A stretch of 64,000 nucleotides of DNA. Origin: Thermoplasmata archaeon (lineage in GTDB: Archaea; Thermoplasmatota; Thermoplasmata; Lutacidiplasmatales; UBA184). Of the stretch, positions 8,762 through 17,123 are shown one piece after another; the first letter of the stretch is position 1; each line of letters opens with the position of its first letter. A model generated the notes under the pieces. The model did no database searches and was not told where the DNA came from. It worked only from the letters and a program-made list of their open reading frames with translations. The stretch is from positions 1,920-65,919 of the forward strand of contig JBOGRS010000001.1 of NCBI GenBank assembly GCA_050749685.1. Direction: 5' to 3'. Both the position numbers and the translations under genes were made by a program.

Positions 8762-11146
8762 TCAAAAGGGGGCGCCCACGACGCTCCCCTCCGCGGCCCG
8801 AAGGGCGGCCGCCCGCCGCTCCTTCGCGTCGCTCCCCCCGCGGCCCGGGAGGTCCCCGAGCGCGCGCTGCCCGACGGACTCCGCCGCGCGGTAGCGATCG
8901 CGCTCGGGCGCCTCCACGGGGGCGTGCCACCGCACCAGGAGCTCGGTGCGGCGGACGCCGAGCGGGCCCAGGAAGGTCTCGGCCGTCCGGGCGAGGAGGT
9001 CGAGGTAGGCGGCGACGTCGTACTCCTCGTCGCCGTCGAGCGCCTCGGCGACCTTCACCCGGTGGCGCCACGACCGGGACGACCGGTCGGTGACCAGGTA
9101 GCGGACCGTCTCGCCGGCGGAGCGCGCGGCCCCCCCGTCGGCGAGCTGACGAAGCGCCGCGACGGTATCGGTGAACGTCACGAACGCATCGAGCGGCTGG
9201 GCGATGCGGTGGGCGATCAGCAGCTCCCCGCGCGGCCACGACCCCTCGGCGAGGCGCGCGGCGAACAGGTCCGCGCGCGCGAGCACCCGCGGGAGCGCGC
9301 GCCGCACGCCGTCGGCGTCGCGCGCCTTCGCGAAGAGGTCGAGGAGCTCGCGCTCGAACCCCCGCACGATCCCCGGGGTGTCGTGGCGGCGCGACCCCAC
9401 GCCGCGCAGCTTGTAGGCGCCGCTCTCGTAGAGCCCGTAGTACCGGTTCGGGACGCCCAGACCGTGGGTGACGGCGGGGAGGAAGACGATCCAGCGGTAG
9501 CGTCCCTCGTAGCCGAGCGGCAGGTCGAACTCGCGACCGACCGCCGCCGCGAGCTCCTCGGGCGCGTCGGCCGCGGCGTCGCCCGCGCGCGTGAGCCAGA
9601 GGGAGTCGACGATCCCGTGGACGACGCGGTAGCCGGACGCCTCGACGCGGCGGACGAGGCGGGCGATGAGGTCACGGGCGTAGGCGTTGATCGCCTCGTG
9701 GCACTCGATCCGTCCGAAGCGCGCGTTGCGGTAGCCCTGATACCCGAACGCGGTCACGAGGATCCACTTCAGCATCTTGACCCGACGCTGGAGCCGCGCC
9801 TTCTCCTCGGAAGGACACCCGGGCGCCGCCATGCGCGCCTTGTACGCCATCCGCCGTGCGAGCAGGGGCGCGAGCGTGCGGGGGATGAGCCCCACCCGGC
9901 GCTCGCACGATCGATAGCCCAGCTCCGGCGCCACGCGCCGGCTCGCCGGGCAGCACCGGCACTCGAGCGTCTCCGTCGAGAGGTTGTGGCGCACCATGAT
10001 GTGCGGATACAGGCTCGCGAAGTCGAACTCCTCGACGTGGTCGAAGACCCCCACCGGCGGCAGGAAGATCACCCCGCCGCGGTCGGCCGCGACGAGGTGG
10101 CGCGCCGAACGGAACTCCTCGGCACGGTTCTTCTTCCACGGGATGTGCACGCCGTCGGCGAGCGCGTGGGCCATCTCCATCGCGGTGAACGCGGTGCCCG
10201 GCGACTGGCGGACGATCGTCTGGAGGGAGAGGCGGGAGAGGCGCGCGGCGTCCACGAGTCCCTCCACGTCGGTGTCGTCGAACAGGAAGGAGTTCTCGCG
10301 GTCGATGTGGAAACGTCCGGGGAGGGGGAACGCCGCATCGCTGTGGAGGACGCGCCCGTACGTCGCGAAGGAACGGGCCGCGCGCGCCGGCCGGAACGAC
10401 GCCGGCTCCCGGCCCAGATGGAACTCCGCCTCGGTCAGCCCCACGGCGCGGGCGCGGCGGTAGAGCCAGGGGAGGTCGAACCCGTCCCCGCCCTGGGTGA
10501 AGAGGATGTCCGGGTCCTGCCGGTCGATCTCGCGAACGACCTCGACGAGGAGCCCCACCTCCCCACCCTCGAGGACGGCGTTCCCGACTCGCACGCGAGC
10601 GATCGCCCCGTCGGCGGGTGGGAGACGGCCCCTCCGATGGCCGGCGAGGCCGACCTCGAGCGGGGCGAGGACGAGGGGAGGGGGGGCGTAGTCGATCGTC
10701 TCCGCGGGCTCGGTCGCGACCGGCTCCCCCGCCACCCACCGTACGGGGGCGAACGGGTAGAGCCCGTGCCCGAGGTGGTAGAGCTGCGGCGCGGAGAGGT
10801 CCACGTCATAGAGCGTCAGGCGATGGTAGTCGCCGAGCGCGTCCACGGCGTGGGCGACCCGACGCCGGTCCGAGTTGCGCCGCGCGGTGACCGCGAGCAG
10901 GTGACGACGGCGTCGGTCGAAGAGCGACGGGCGGCCGGTCCACGGCGTGACCGACGCGACGCCGGGGACCGACGGGAGCGCCCGCGCGACCTCGGCGAGG
11001 AGGTCGCGGGGGCCGTCGACCAGGATCGGAGGGCGGAAGGGGCGGCGCTCGGGCCGGACGTGGCCGCTCGCCGCGTCCTTCACCCAGAGGACGACGTCAC
11101 GGCCGTCGCGATCGTCGGTGATGTCGAGCAGCCAGCCGTCGGGCAT
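8762..11146 (-). CDS. polB: family B DNA polymerase, divergent (exonuclease motifs degenerate, variant motif C; PolB2-like)
   Basis: 794 aa, ATG 11146. ExoII-like GGDGFDLPWLYRRA; motif A EFDFASLYPHIMVRHN; motif B-like KMLKWILVTAFGYQGYRNARF; motif C region VVHGIVDSLWL; downstream YKLRGVGSRRHDTPGIV (KxY/RRD region). The ExoI position reads VLAPLEVGL, with no DxE aspartate. Confidence 0.85.
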   Translation of the reverse strand: MPDGWLLDITDDRDGRDVVLWVKDAASGHVRPERRPFRPPILVDGPRDLLAEVARALPSVPGVASVTPWTGRPSLFDRRRRHLLAVTARRNSDRRRVAHAVDALGDYHRLTLYDVDLSAPQLYHLGHGLYPFAPVRWVAGEPVATEPAETIDYAPPPLVLAPLEVGLAGHRRGRLPPADGAIARVRVGNAVLEGGEVGLLVEVVREIDRQDPDILFTQGGDGFDLPWLYRRARAVGLTEAEFHLGREPASFRPARAARSFATYGRVLHSDAAFPLPGRFHIDRENSFLFDDTDVEGLVDAARLSRLSLQTIVRQSPGTAFTAMEMAHALADGVHIPWKKNRAEEFRSARHLVAADRGGVIFLPPVGVFDHVEEFDFASLYPHIMVRHNLSTETLECRCCPASRRVAPELGYRSCERRVGLIPRTLAPLLARRMAYKARMAAPGCPSEEKARLQRRVKMLKWILVTAFGYQGYRNARFGRIECHEAINAYARDLIARLVRRVEASGYRVVHGIVDSLWLTRAGDAAADAPEELAAAVGREFDLPLGYEGRYRWIVFLPAVTHGLGVPNRYYGLYESGAYKLRGVGSRRHDTPGIVRGFERELLDLFAKARDADGVRRALPRVLARADLFAARLAEGSWPRGELLIAHRIAQPLDAFVTFTDTVAALRQLADGGAARSAGETVRYLVTDRSSRSWRHRVKVAEALDGDEEYDVAAYLDLLARTAETFLGPLGVRRTELLVRWHAPVEAPERDRYRAAESVGQRALGDLPGRGGSDAKERRAAALRAAEGSVVGAPF

Positions 11147-11175
11147 CGTGCTCCGGTCCCGTCGAGGGGAGCGCG

Positions 11176-11418
11176 TCAGGCCGGACGCCCGGAGGACGGA
11201 CGGTCCGAGGGAGGCTCGGGCGACGCCCGGGGGTCGGTCGCGGCCATCCGACGGGCGAGGTCGAGCAGGACGGAGAGCAGGATCGACTCGAGCAGGTCCG
11301 GGCTCCCGACGTACGTCGCCTGGGCGGCGTAACGGCGCGCCCCCGTCTGGATCGCGCGGAACGCCGCGCGCTCCTCGGGCGTCGTGAGGAGGCGACCGAA
11401 CGCGTCCCAGCGTTTCAT
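11176..11418 (-). CDS. small helical hypothetical protein (80 aa)
   Basis: ATG 11418 overlaps the TGA of the upstream RecA-like gene (ATGA at 11415-11418). It ends 29 nt before the polB ATG. MKRWDAFGRLLTTPEERAAFRAIQTGARRYAAQATYVGSPDLLESILLSVLLDLARRM.. An in-frame GTG at 11463 is an alternative start. Confidence 0.5.
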   Translation of the reverse strand: MKRWDAFGRLLTTPEERAAFRAIQTGARRYAAQATYVGSPDLLESILLSVLLDLARRMAATDPRASPEPPSDRPSSGRPA

Positions 11419-12308
11419 CCTCTCCTCGAGCGCCTGGCGGTACGTCGGAACGGTGCGGCCCACGTCGTCACCTCCTCGGACCCGGTGTCCGTGAACTCCT
11501 CGAGCCCGCGCTGGCCGGGGGAGCGCAGGACGACCGTGAGGCGGCTGCCGTCCCGGTATCCCTCGAGGCGGAGTCCGTCCGCGTGGGGGGCGAGGCGGAC
11601 GAGGTCGAACCAGCGCGGCCCGTGCTCCTTGAGACCGGGGAAGCGGGAGAACCCACCGGTGACCGCGAGGAGGAGCGGGCAACGGGCGGCGCGCGCGACC
11701 TCGCCGAGCGTCCGGGCGACGTGGCGGAGGAGAGGGGCCCGCTCCTCCTCGGGGACCTCGTCGGTCAGGAAGAGCGTCGACGGTTCGTGGGCGACGAGCA
11801 GGCTCGGGCGACGCCGTCGCACCTCGTCCGACCAGGCGTCGACCAGCGCGACCAGTTGGTAGGCCGTGAACGCCCGGGCGAGACGGATGCGGGCGAGCAC
11901 CCGCTCCGGGTCCAGACCGAGGGCGCGGCCGGTCTCCCCGACACGGTAGGGATGGAACCGGTTCGTCCCCTCGAGAAGGGAGACCTTCCCGCCGGCGCGC
12001 ACGCTCGCCGCATAGACGAGCTCGAGGAGCGGCTCGGTCGCCGACGGAGGGCCGACCCAGAGCGTCGCCTCCCCCGGGCTGAAGCGACGATCGAGCCAGT
12101 CGAAGAGCGGAGGGGCGGAGGGGAGGACGTGACGCGATCCCGTGCGTCGTGCCACCCTTTCCCCCCGGAGCCGAGGGACGGCGCGGGGGGGCCGCTCGAC
12201 GGCGGTGAGCCATGCGTCCACGGACGGGGAAAGGATCCCCTCCTCGGCGATCGCCGGCGTCGCCGGGGTCGGCGGGTCGGACGCGAGCGTCATCGTAGCC
12301 TCCCCCAC
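11415..12308 (-). CDS. RecA/RadB-fold protein with degenerate Walker A (predicted non-ATPase)
   Basis: 297 aa. The layout parallels RadB/RecA cores: LFDWLDRRFSPGEATLWVGPPSATEPLLELVYA (P-loop position reads GPPSATEP, no GK[ST]), KVSLLEGTNRFHPYRVGETGRALGLDPERVLARIRLARAFTAYQ, then Walker-B-like SLLVAHEPSTLFL. GTG 12308 or ATG 12293 could be the start. CTTAAG TATA-like box at 12327-12332. Confidence 0.6.
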   Translation of the reverse strand: MGEATMTLASDPPTPATPAIAEEGILSPSVDAWLTAVERPPRAVPRLRGERVARRTGSRHVLPSAPPLFDWLDRRFSPGEATLWVGPPSATEPLLELVYAASVRAGGKVSLLEGTNRFHPYRVGETGRALGLDPERVLARIRLARAFTAYQLVALVDAWSDEVRRRRPSLLVAHEPSTLFLTDEVPEEERAPLLRHVARTLGEVARAARCPLLLAVTGGFSRFPGLKEHGPRWFDLVRLAPHADGLRLEGYRDGSRLTVVLRSPGQRGLEEFTDTGSEEVTTWAAPFRRTARRSRRG

Positions 12309-12404
12309 GGGAACGCGGGGTGCCGCCCTTAAGGGGGGTGACGGGGGAGGCGGAAACGGGTCGGGGGGCTCGCGTTTCCGCGCCCTTCCAACCCGCGTCC
12401 GGCA

Positions 12405-12629
12405 CTAGGTCGGACGAAGTTTCTCGAGCGCCTCGGGGTCGCTGAGGTAGAGCTCGGCGTGGCCGCACTTGCGGCACACGTGCGCCTCGAAGCGGCCGAC
12501 GCTCGAGATCTCGCCCCAGCGCAGGGCGAGAAAGGCGGTGCCGGTGATGCCCCCTCCGGTCATGACGCGGACGACGCGGCGGACATCCTCGCTGCCACAG
12601 GCCGGGCAGGGGCGAACGGTCGCGGGCAT
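12405..12629 (-). CDS. small zinc-ribbon protein (74 aa)
   Basis: Internal ATG 12629 (MPATVRPCPACGSED..FEAHVCRKCGHAELYL). Two CxxC pairs separated by ~40 aa. The upstream part of the track ORF is Arg/Pro shadow. Confidence 0.55.
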   Translation of the reverse strand: MPATVRPCPACGSEDVRRVVRVMTGGGITGTAFLALRWGEISSVGRFEAHVCRKCGHAELYLSDPEALEKLRPT

Positions 12630-12700
12630 AACGGGCACCGGCGATAACCACGGGCCGGGCGATAAACCCCGTGGCGACGCCGGTGGGCGCCGCGGGGCCC

Positions 12701-13267
12701 CTACCGGGCGAGGGAGGGCGTCCGCCCGCCGGGAGCGAGCCCGACGAGCTCGAGGATCTCGTCGTGCGAGCGCGCGAAGTCGCGCCGCGGCGTCGCGGCC
12801 ACGTCGACGAACTGGAGCTCGGTCCACGCGGGATGTCGCGGCGCCTGCGCGGTCGCCGCCGTACCTCGGAAGAGGAACTGGAGGTCCCAGTGGTACCGTT
12901 TCTCCGGGAAGCGTCGGGGCGGGTAGACCTCCGATGCGATGCGGACCGGCTCGAGGATGGCGCGGATCCCTCCCACCTGCTCGGTAAGGATCCGTTGCGC
13001 CGCCGCTTCCGGTCCTTCGCCGAGCAGGAGCTGGGAGGACGGGAGCATCCATCCGTGCCGGTGGGCCTCGACGCGCTCCGGGCCGAGACCCCCCAGATGG
13101 TCCCACGGAGCGGCGGGGTTCATCCGTCCGGCGAGGACGTGATCGGGCTCCCCCGGCGGGGAGAGGACGAGGAAGGAGGAAAGGCAGATCCCATCCTCGG
13201 GGATCGCAAGGACGCTGAACGGCTCGGTTCCTCGTGTGAACCGGCAGAAGACGCGCTGGGTCGCCAT
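12701..13267 (-). CDS. NUDIX-fold protein with degenerate Nudix box
   Basis: Internal ATG 13267 (MATQRVFCRF..). The segment LLLGEGPEAAAQRILTEQVGG aligns to the Nudix box Gx5Ex7REuxEExGu, but with RI and EQ in place of RE and EE. Confidence 0.45.
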   Translation of the reverse strand: MATQRVFCRFTRGTEPFSVLAIPEDGICLSSFLVLSPPGEPDHVLAGRMNPAAPWDHLGGLGPERVEAHRHGWMLPSSQLLLGEGPEAAAQRILTEQVGGIRAILEPVRIASEVYPPRRFPEKRYHWDLQFLFRGTAATAQAPRHPAWTELQFVDVAATPRRDFARSHDEILELVGLAPGGRTPSLAR

Positions 13268-13422
13268 GGCCGTGCGAGCATGTCCCCCCCGATAAATCGC
13301 TCGGGGCCGCGGGCCGCCGCCGAGGACCGGGACATCGTCTCGCCGTGGTCGGGCGCGTCGCTCCGCGAGGGAATCTTTATCCCGAGCGGGCCGCCTAGAA
13401 ATCCTCCTCGGGGGGTGAGCGC

Positions 13423-13626
13423 GTGCCGATGTGCCCGACCTGCGGGAAGCCGATGTCACCGGGCTTCCTCGGTTCGGAGAGCTTCATCGGCGGATCGAAA
13501 TGGTTCCTCGAACGCACGCGACTCGCCTTCGGCGGCGAGGAAGTGGCCAAGCCCAACACGTTCGGGATGGTCTACATCGCCGGCTTCCGCTGCCGGGAGT
13601 GCCGGACCCTCCAACTCCAGTACTGA
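13423..13626 (+). CDS. small zinc-ribbon protein (67 aa)
   Basis: MCPTCGKPM...FRCRECRTLQLQY. Same CxxC...CxxC architecture as 12405-12629. GTG 13423 or ATG 13429 could be the start. Confidence 0.55.
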   Translation: MPMCPTCGKPMSPGFLGSESFIGGSKWFLERTRLAFGGEEVAKPNTFGMVYIAGFRCRECRTLQLQY

Positions 13627-13652
13627 GCGCGATCGGTCGGGCCCCGAGACGC

Positions 13653-14417
13653 TCAGTCCAGGCGCGACGCTCCCGGGGGCGGGGGGAGGTCGAGATGCTC
13701 GACCATCCAGCGGCAGTTCGCGACGGCGTCGCCCCGGAAGTGGTTGTTGAAGAACCCGTAGACCGTCGGCACCTCGCCCGAGAGCCGCGTGAGACGCTCG
13801 ACCCAGGGAAGGAGTTCCTTCTCGGAGTAGAGATAATCGTACCAGATGGGCCGGCCGTGGCCGTGCCACCGCACGTAGGTGAACGACGCCGTCGTCTCGA
13901 GGTGCGTCGGAAGGTGGGGTTCGTCGACGATCACGTAGGCGAGACCATGATCGCGCAAGAGCGCGTACGACGCGTCGCACATCCACGATCGTTCGCGGAA
14001 CTCGACGGCGACGGGAAGGTCGCGGGGGAGCGTCGCGTAGAACGCTCGGACCGTCGCGGGCTCGAACGGGAGCGACGGCGGAAGCTGGAGGAGCGCGGCG
14101 GCGAACTTCCCCGCGTCCTGGAGCGGCTTGACCACCTGGAGGAACTGGTGGAGCTCGGTCTCCGCGCCCACGAGGCGGCGTTCGTGCGTGATCGTCTGGG
14201 GGAACTTGGCGGCGAAGCGGAACCCGGCCGGGGTCCGTCGCGCCCATGACGTCGCGACGGAGGGGGAAGGGAGACGATAGAACGTCGAGTTCACCTCGAC
14301 GATCGGAAAGACCTTCGCGTAGTAGCGCAGCCGATCCGCGACCCCATGGGGCGGGTAGAACCGGCCGACCCACTCCGGGTAATCCCACCCGCTCGTTCCG
14401 AGGAGGAGCTCGCCCAC
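13653..14417 (-). CDS. DUF72 (UPF0759) family protein
   Basis: 254 aa, GTG 14417. LLLGTSGWDYPEWVGRFYP, VEVNSTFYRLP, FRFAAKFPQ.ITH and VAVEFRERSW are typical DUF72 strands. Confidence 0.8.
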   Translation of the reverse strand: MGELLLGTSGWDYPEWVGRFYPPHGVADRLRYYAKVFPIVEVNSTFYRLPSPSVATSWARRTPAGFRFAAKFPQTITHERRLVGAETELHQFLQVVKPLQDAGKFAAALLQLPPSLPFEPATVRAFYATLPRDLPVAVEFRERSWMCDASYALLRDHGLAYVIVDEPHLPTHLETTASFTYVRWHGHGRPIWYDYLYSEKELLPWVERLTRLSGEVPTVYGFFNNHFRGDAVANCRWMVEHLDLPPPPGASRLD

Positions 14418-14551
14418 GATCCGCCGAACGCCCGCGCGCTCTTAGCGCCCGAGGCGGGTCCGGGACCGGCCTTCACGCCGACCGACGCGTCGATTCGGGC
14501 GAAACCCTTTATACACACCCCGGGTAGAACTTTCCCGAGGTCGAACCCGAG

Positions 14552-14830
14552 ATGGTCCAAGTCGATATCGCGATCGAGAAGTGCACCGGATGCGCTCATT
14601 GCCGCGACGTCTGCCCGGTGAACGTTTTCGAGCTCAAGCCCAAGGATCAGTTCCCCGAGGTCGTCGATGACCCGGCCGTCGGGGCGAAGTTCCAGTTCCG
14701 CGGCGAGAAATCGGTCGCCATCAACGGACCCGAGTGCATCGTCTGCGAGGCCTGCCTATTCGAGTGCGAAGGCGAGTGCATCACGATCACCGACGACGAA
14801 GGCCACGTCCACAACTCGACCTACAAGTAG
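14552..14830 (+). CDS. 2x[4Fe-4S] ferredoxin-like protein
   Basis: CTGCAHCRDVCP and CIVCEACLFEC cluster motifs. 92 aa. Confidence 0.8.
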   Translation: MVQVDIAIEKCTGCAHCRDVCPVNVFELKPKDQFPEVVDDPAVGAKFQFRGEKSVAINGPECIVCEACLFECEGECITITDDEGHVHNSTYK

Positions 14831-14973
14831 GCCCGTGCGCCTACCGGCCCGGACCCCCGTAGGGGTCCGGTGACGGCGCCGAACCACGCCGGGCGACCTT
14901 CCGTCCGACGCCCTGCCCGGATGCCTGCGGGGGGATCGCCGCATCCGCCGACCGGTGCGGCGCTGGGCAGGTG

Positions 14974-14980
14974 TTAAATA
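14974..14980 (+). promoter_or_regulatory. TATA-like box (TTAAATA) for the atpFABDHI unit
   Basis: AT heptamer 26-32 nt upstream of GTG 15006 in otherwise GC-rich spacer. Confidence 0.4.
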
Positions 14981-15005
14981 GAACGTTTCCCCGCCGGGGA
15001 GCGCC

Positions 15006-15344
15006 GTGACGGATGCCCCTCCCCGCGCCGGTCGTACGATCGTGCTAGGCGAGCGCGAGCTCGCGATCGGGTTCCGTCTCATCGGTCTCGCGGACGTCGT
15101 CGAGGTCACCCGCGAGACCGCGGCGGCCGAGTTCCAGCGGGTGATGGCGAGCGGGGAGTTCAGCCTCGTCATCGCCAGCCAGTCGATCCGCTCGACGCTC
15201 TCGGAGAGCCAGCGGGCGCACGCCGACGCGTCGCTCGCGCCGCTCGTCGTCTTCGTACCCACGCCGACGGGGGAGTACGAGATCGAGGGGATCGACAAGC
15301 TCGCGAAGCGCGTTCTCGGCGTTTCGCTGAGCGTGACCAGCTGA
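15006..15344 (+). CDS. atpF: A-type ATP synthase subunit F
   Basis: 112 aa. [25 protein letters not shown] matches the AtpF N-terminal pattern. Lies immediately upstream of atpA. Confidence 0.8.
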   Translation: MTDAPPRAGRTIVLGERELAIGFRLIGLADVVEVTRETAAAEFQRVMASGEFSLVIASQSIRSTLSESQRAHADASLAPLVVFVPTPTGEYEIEGIDKLAKRVLGVSLSVTS

Positions 15345-15363
15345 GTTCCGGGGAAGAGGCAAC

Positions 15364-17121
15364 ATGGGAGTCGTCGCACGCGTGTCCGGTCCGGTCGTCG
15401 TCGCCGAGGGTCTCACGGGCGCCAAGATGTACGACGTCGTGCGCGTCGGTACTCTCGGTCTCGTCGGGGAGATCATCCGCCTCATGGGGGGGACGGCGAC
15501 CGTCCAGGTCTATGAGGACACGACCGGCGTGCGCCCGGGCGACCCCGTCGAGAACACCGGCCAGGCGCTCTCCGTCGAGCTCGGCCCCGGTCTCCTCAAG
15601 TCGATCTACGACGGCGTCCAGCGTCCCCTCGACGTCCTCCAGAAGGAGCTCGGCGACTTCATCACGCGCGGGTTCGTCGCCCCGCCGCTCGACGAGAAGG
15701 CGAAGTGGGAGTTCAGCGCCGTCGCCAAGGTCGGCGCGACGGTGCGCCCCGGCGCGATCCTCGGGACGGTCCAGGAGACCCCGCTCATCCTCCACAAGAT
15801 CATGGTCCCCCCCGGCGTCGAGGGGACGGTCGAGACCCTCGCGAGCGGGACGTACACGATCCGTGACCCGATCGGCGCGATCACGACCTCGGCCGGCCGC
15901 CGGCCGCTCGCCTTGACGCAGAAGTGGGTCGTTCGGGTGCCGCGCCCGGTCCAGCAGAAGCTGGCCCCGGGGATCCCGCTCCTCACCGGCCAGCGCGTCA
16001 TCGACACGTTCTTCCCCGTCGCGAAGGGCGGCACGGCGTGCATCCCCGGTCCGTTCGGGTCCGGGAAGACGGTGACGCAGCAGCAGCTCGCGAAGTGGGC
16101 CGACTCGGACATCGTCGTCTACGTCGGGTGCGGCGAGCGGGGGAACGAGATGACCGAGGTGCTGGCCACGTTCCCGAACCTGCAGGACCCGAAGTCGGGC
16201 CGGCCGCTCATGGAACGGACGATCCTCATCGCGAACACGTCGAACATGCCGGTCGCCGCGCGCGAGGCGAGCGTCTACACGGGGATCACGATCGCCGAGT
16301 ACTACCGCGACATGGGCTACGACGTCGCCCTCATGGCCGATTCGACAAGCCGCTGGGCCGAGGCGATGCGGGAGATCTCCGGCCGCCTCGAGGAGATGCC
16401 GGGCGAGGAGGGCTACCCGGCCTACCTGGGCCGTCGCGTCGCCGAGTTCTACGAGCGCGCGGGGCGTGTGATCACGCTCTCCCCCGAAGGACGCCCGGGT
16501 TCGGTCACCGTCGTGGGCGCCGTCTCGCCGCCGGGAGGGGACTTCTCCGAACCCGTGAGTCAGAACACGCTACGCGTTACGCGCGTCTTCTGGGCGCTCG
16601 ACGCCGCGCTCGCCTCGCGCCGCCACTTCCCGTCGATCAACTGGCTGCAGAGCTACTCGCTCTACGTCGGCGACATCGAGCCGTACTACCGCAGCGAGAT
16701 CGCGAAGGACTTCCTCCCGCTGCGCCAGCGGGCCCTCGAGGTTCTCCAGCAGGAGTCCGAGCTCCAGGAGATCGTCCAGTTGGTCGGGGTCGACGCCCTT
16801 CCCGAACGGGAGAAGGGGGTGCTCGACGTCGCCCGGATGCTGCGCGAGGACTACCTCCAGCAGAGCGCCTACGACGACGTCGACACCTACACGTCCATCC
16901 AGAAGCAGTACCGGATGCTCCGGGCGATCCTCTCCTTCGGGGAGCGGGAGCAGGAGGCGATCCAGAAGGGCGCCACCGTCGCCCAGCTCACGAAGCTCCC
17001 GGTCCGATCGAAGCTCTCGCGGATGAAGTGGATCCCCGAGAAGGACCTCGGGCCGTCCTTCGACACGCTCGAGCTCGAGATGAACCAGTCCGTGGCCGCC
17101 GTCGCGTCGGGAGGGGGGTAA
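15364..17121 (+). CDS. atpA: A-type ATP synthase catalytic subunit A
   Basis: 585 aa. Walker [38 protein letters not shown]-type segment, no intein. Confidence 0.95.
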   Translation: MGVVARVSGPVVVAEGLTGAKMYDVVRVGTLGLVGEIIRLMGGTATVQVYEDTTGVRPGDPVENTGQALSVELGPGLLKSIYDGVQRPLDVLQKELGDFITRGFVAPPLDEKAKWEFSAVAKVGATVRPGAILGTVQETPLILHKIMVPPGVEGTVETLASGTYTIRDPIGAITTSAGRRPLALTQKWVVRVPRPVQQKLAPGIPLLTGQRVIDTFFPVAKGGTACIPGPFGSGKTVTQQQLAKWADSDIVVYVGCGERGNEMTEVLATFPNLQDPKSGRPLMERTILIANTSNMPVAAREASVYTGITIAEYYRDMGYDVALMADSTSRWAEAMREISGRLEEMPGEEGYPAYLGRRVAEFYERAGRVITLSPEGRPGSVTVVGAVSPPGGDFSEPVSQNTLRVTRVFWALDAALASRRHFPSINWLQSYSLYVGDIEPYYRSEIAKDFLPLRQRALEVLQQESELQEIVQLVGVDALPEREKGVLDVARMLREDYLQQSAYDDVDTYTSIQKQYRMLRAILSFGEREQEAIQKGATVAQLTKLPVRSKLSRMKWIPEKDLGPSFDTLELEMNQSVAAVASGGG

Positions 17122-17123
17122 CG

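Noticed and set aside
8015-11332. 1105-aa plus-strand ORF, the longest in the track
   Set aside because: It is antisense to the HEAT-repeat and PolB genes. The translation is Arg/Ala/Pro/Gly-rich with no recognisable motif, whereas the opposite strand carries clear family B polymerase and HEAT motifs. This is a typical high-GC shadow ORF.
14849-14870. Perfect 9-bp/4-nt hairpin (CCGGACCCC-CGTA-GGGGTCCGG) 19 nt after the ferredoxin stop; considered as a terminator
   Set aside because: Archaeal termination relies mainly on oligo-T tracts and none follows. A GC hairpin alone is common in this sequence, so it is not called a terminator.
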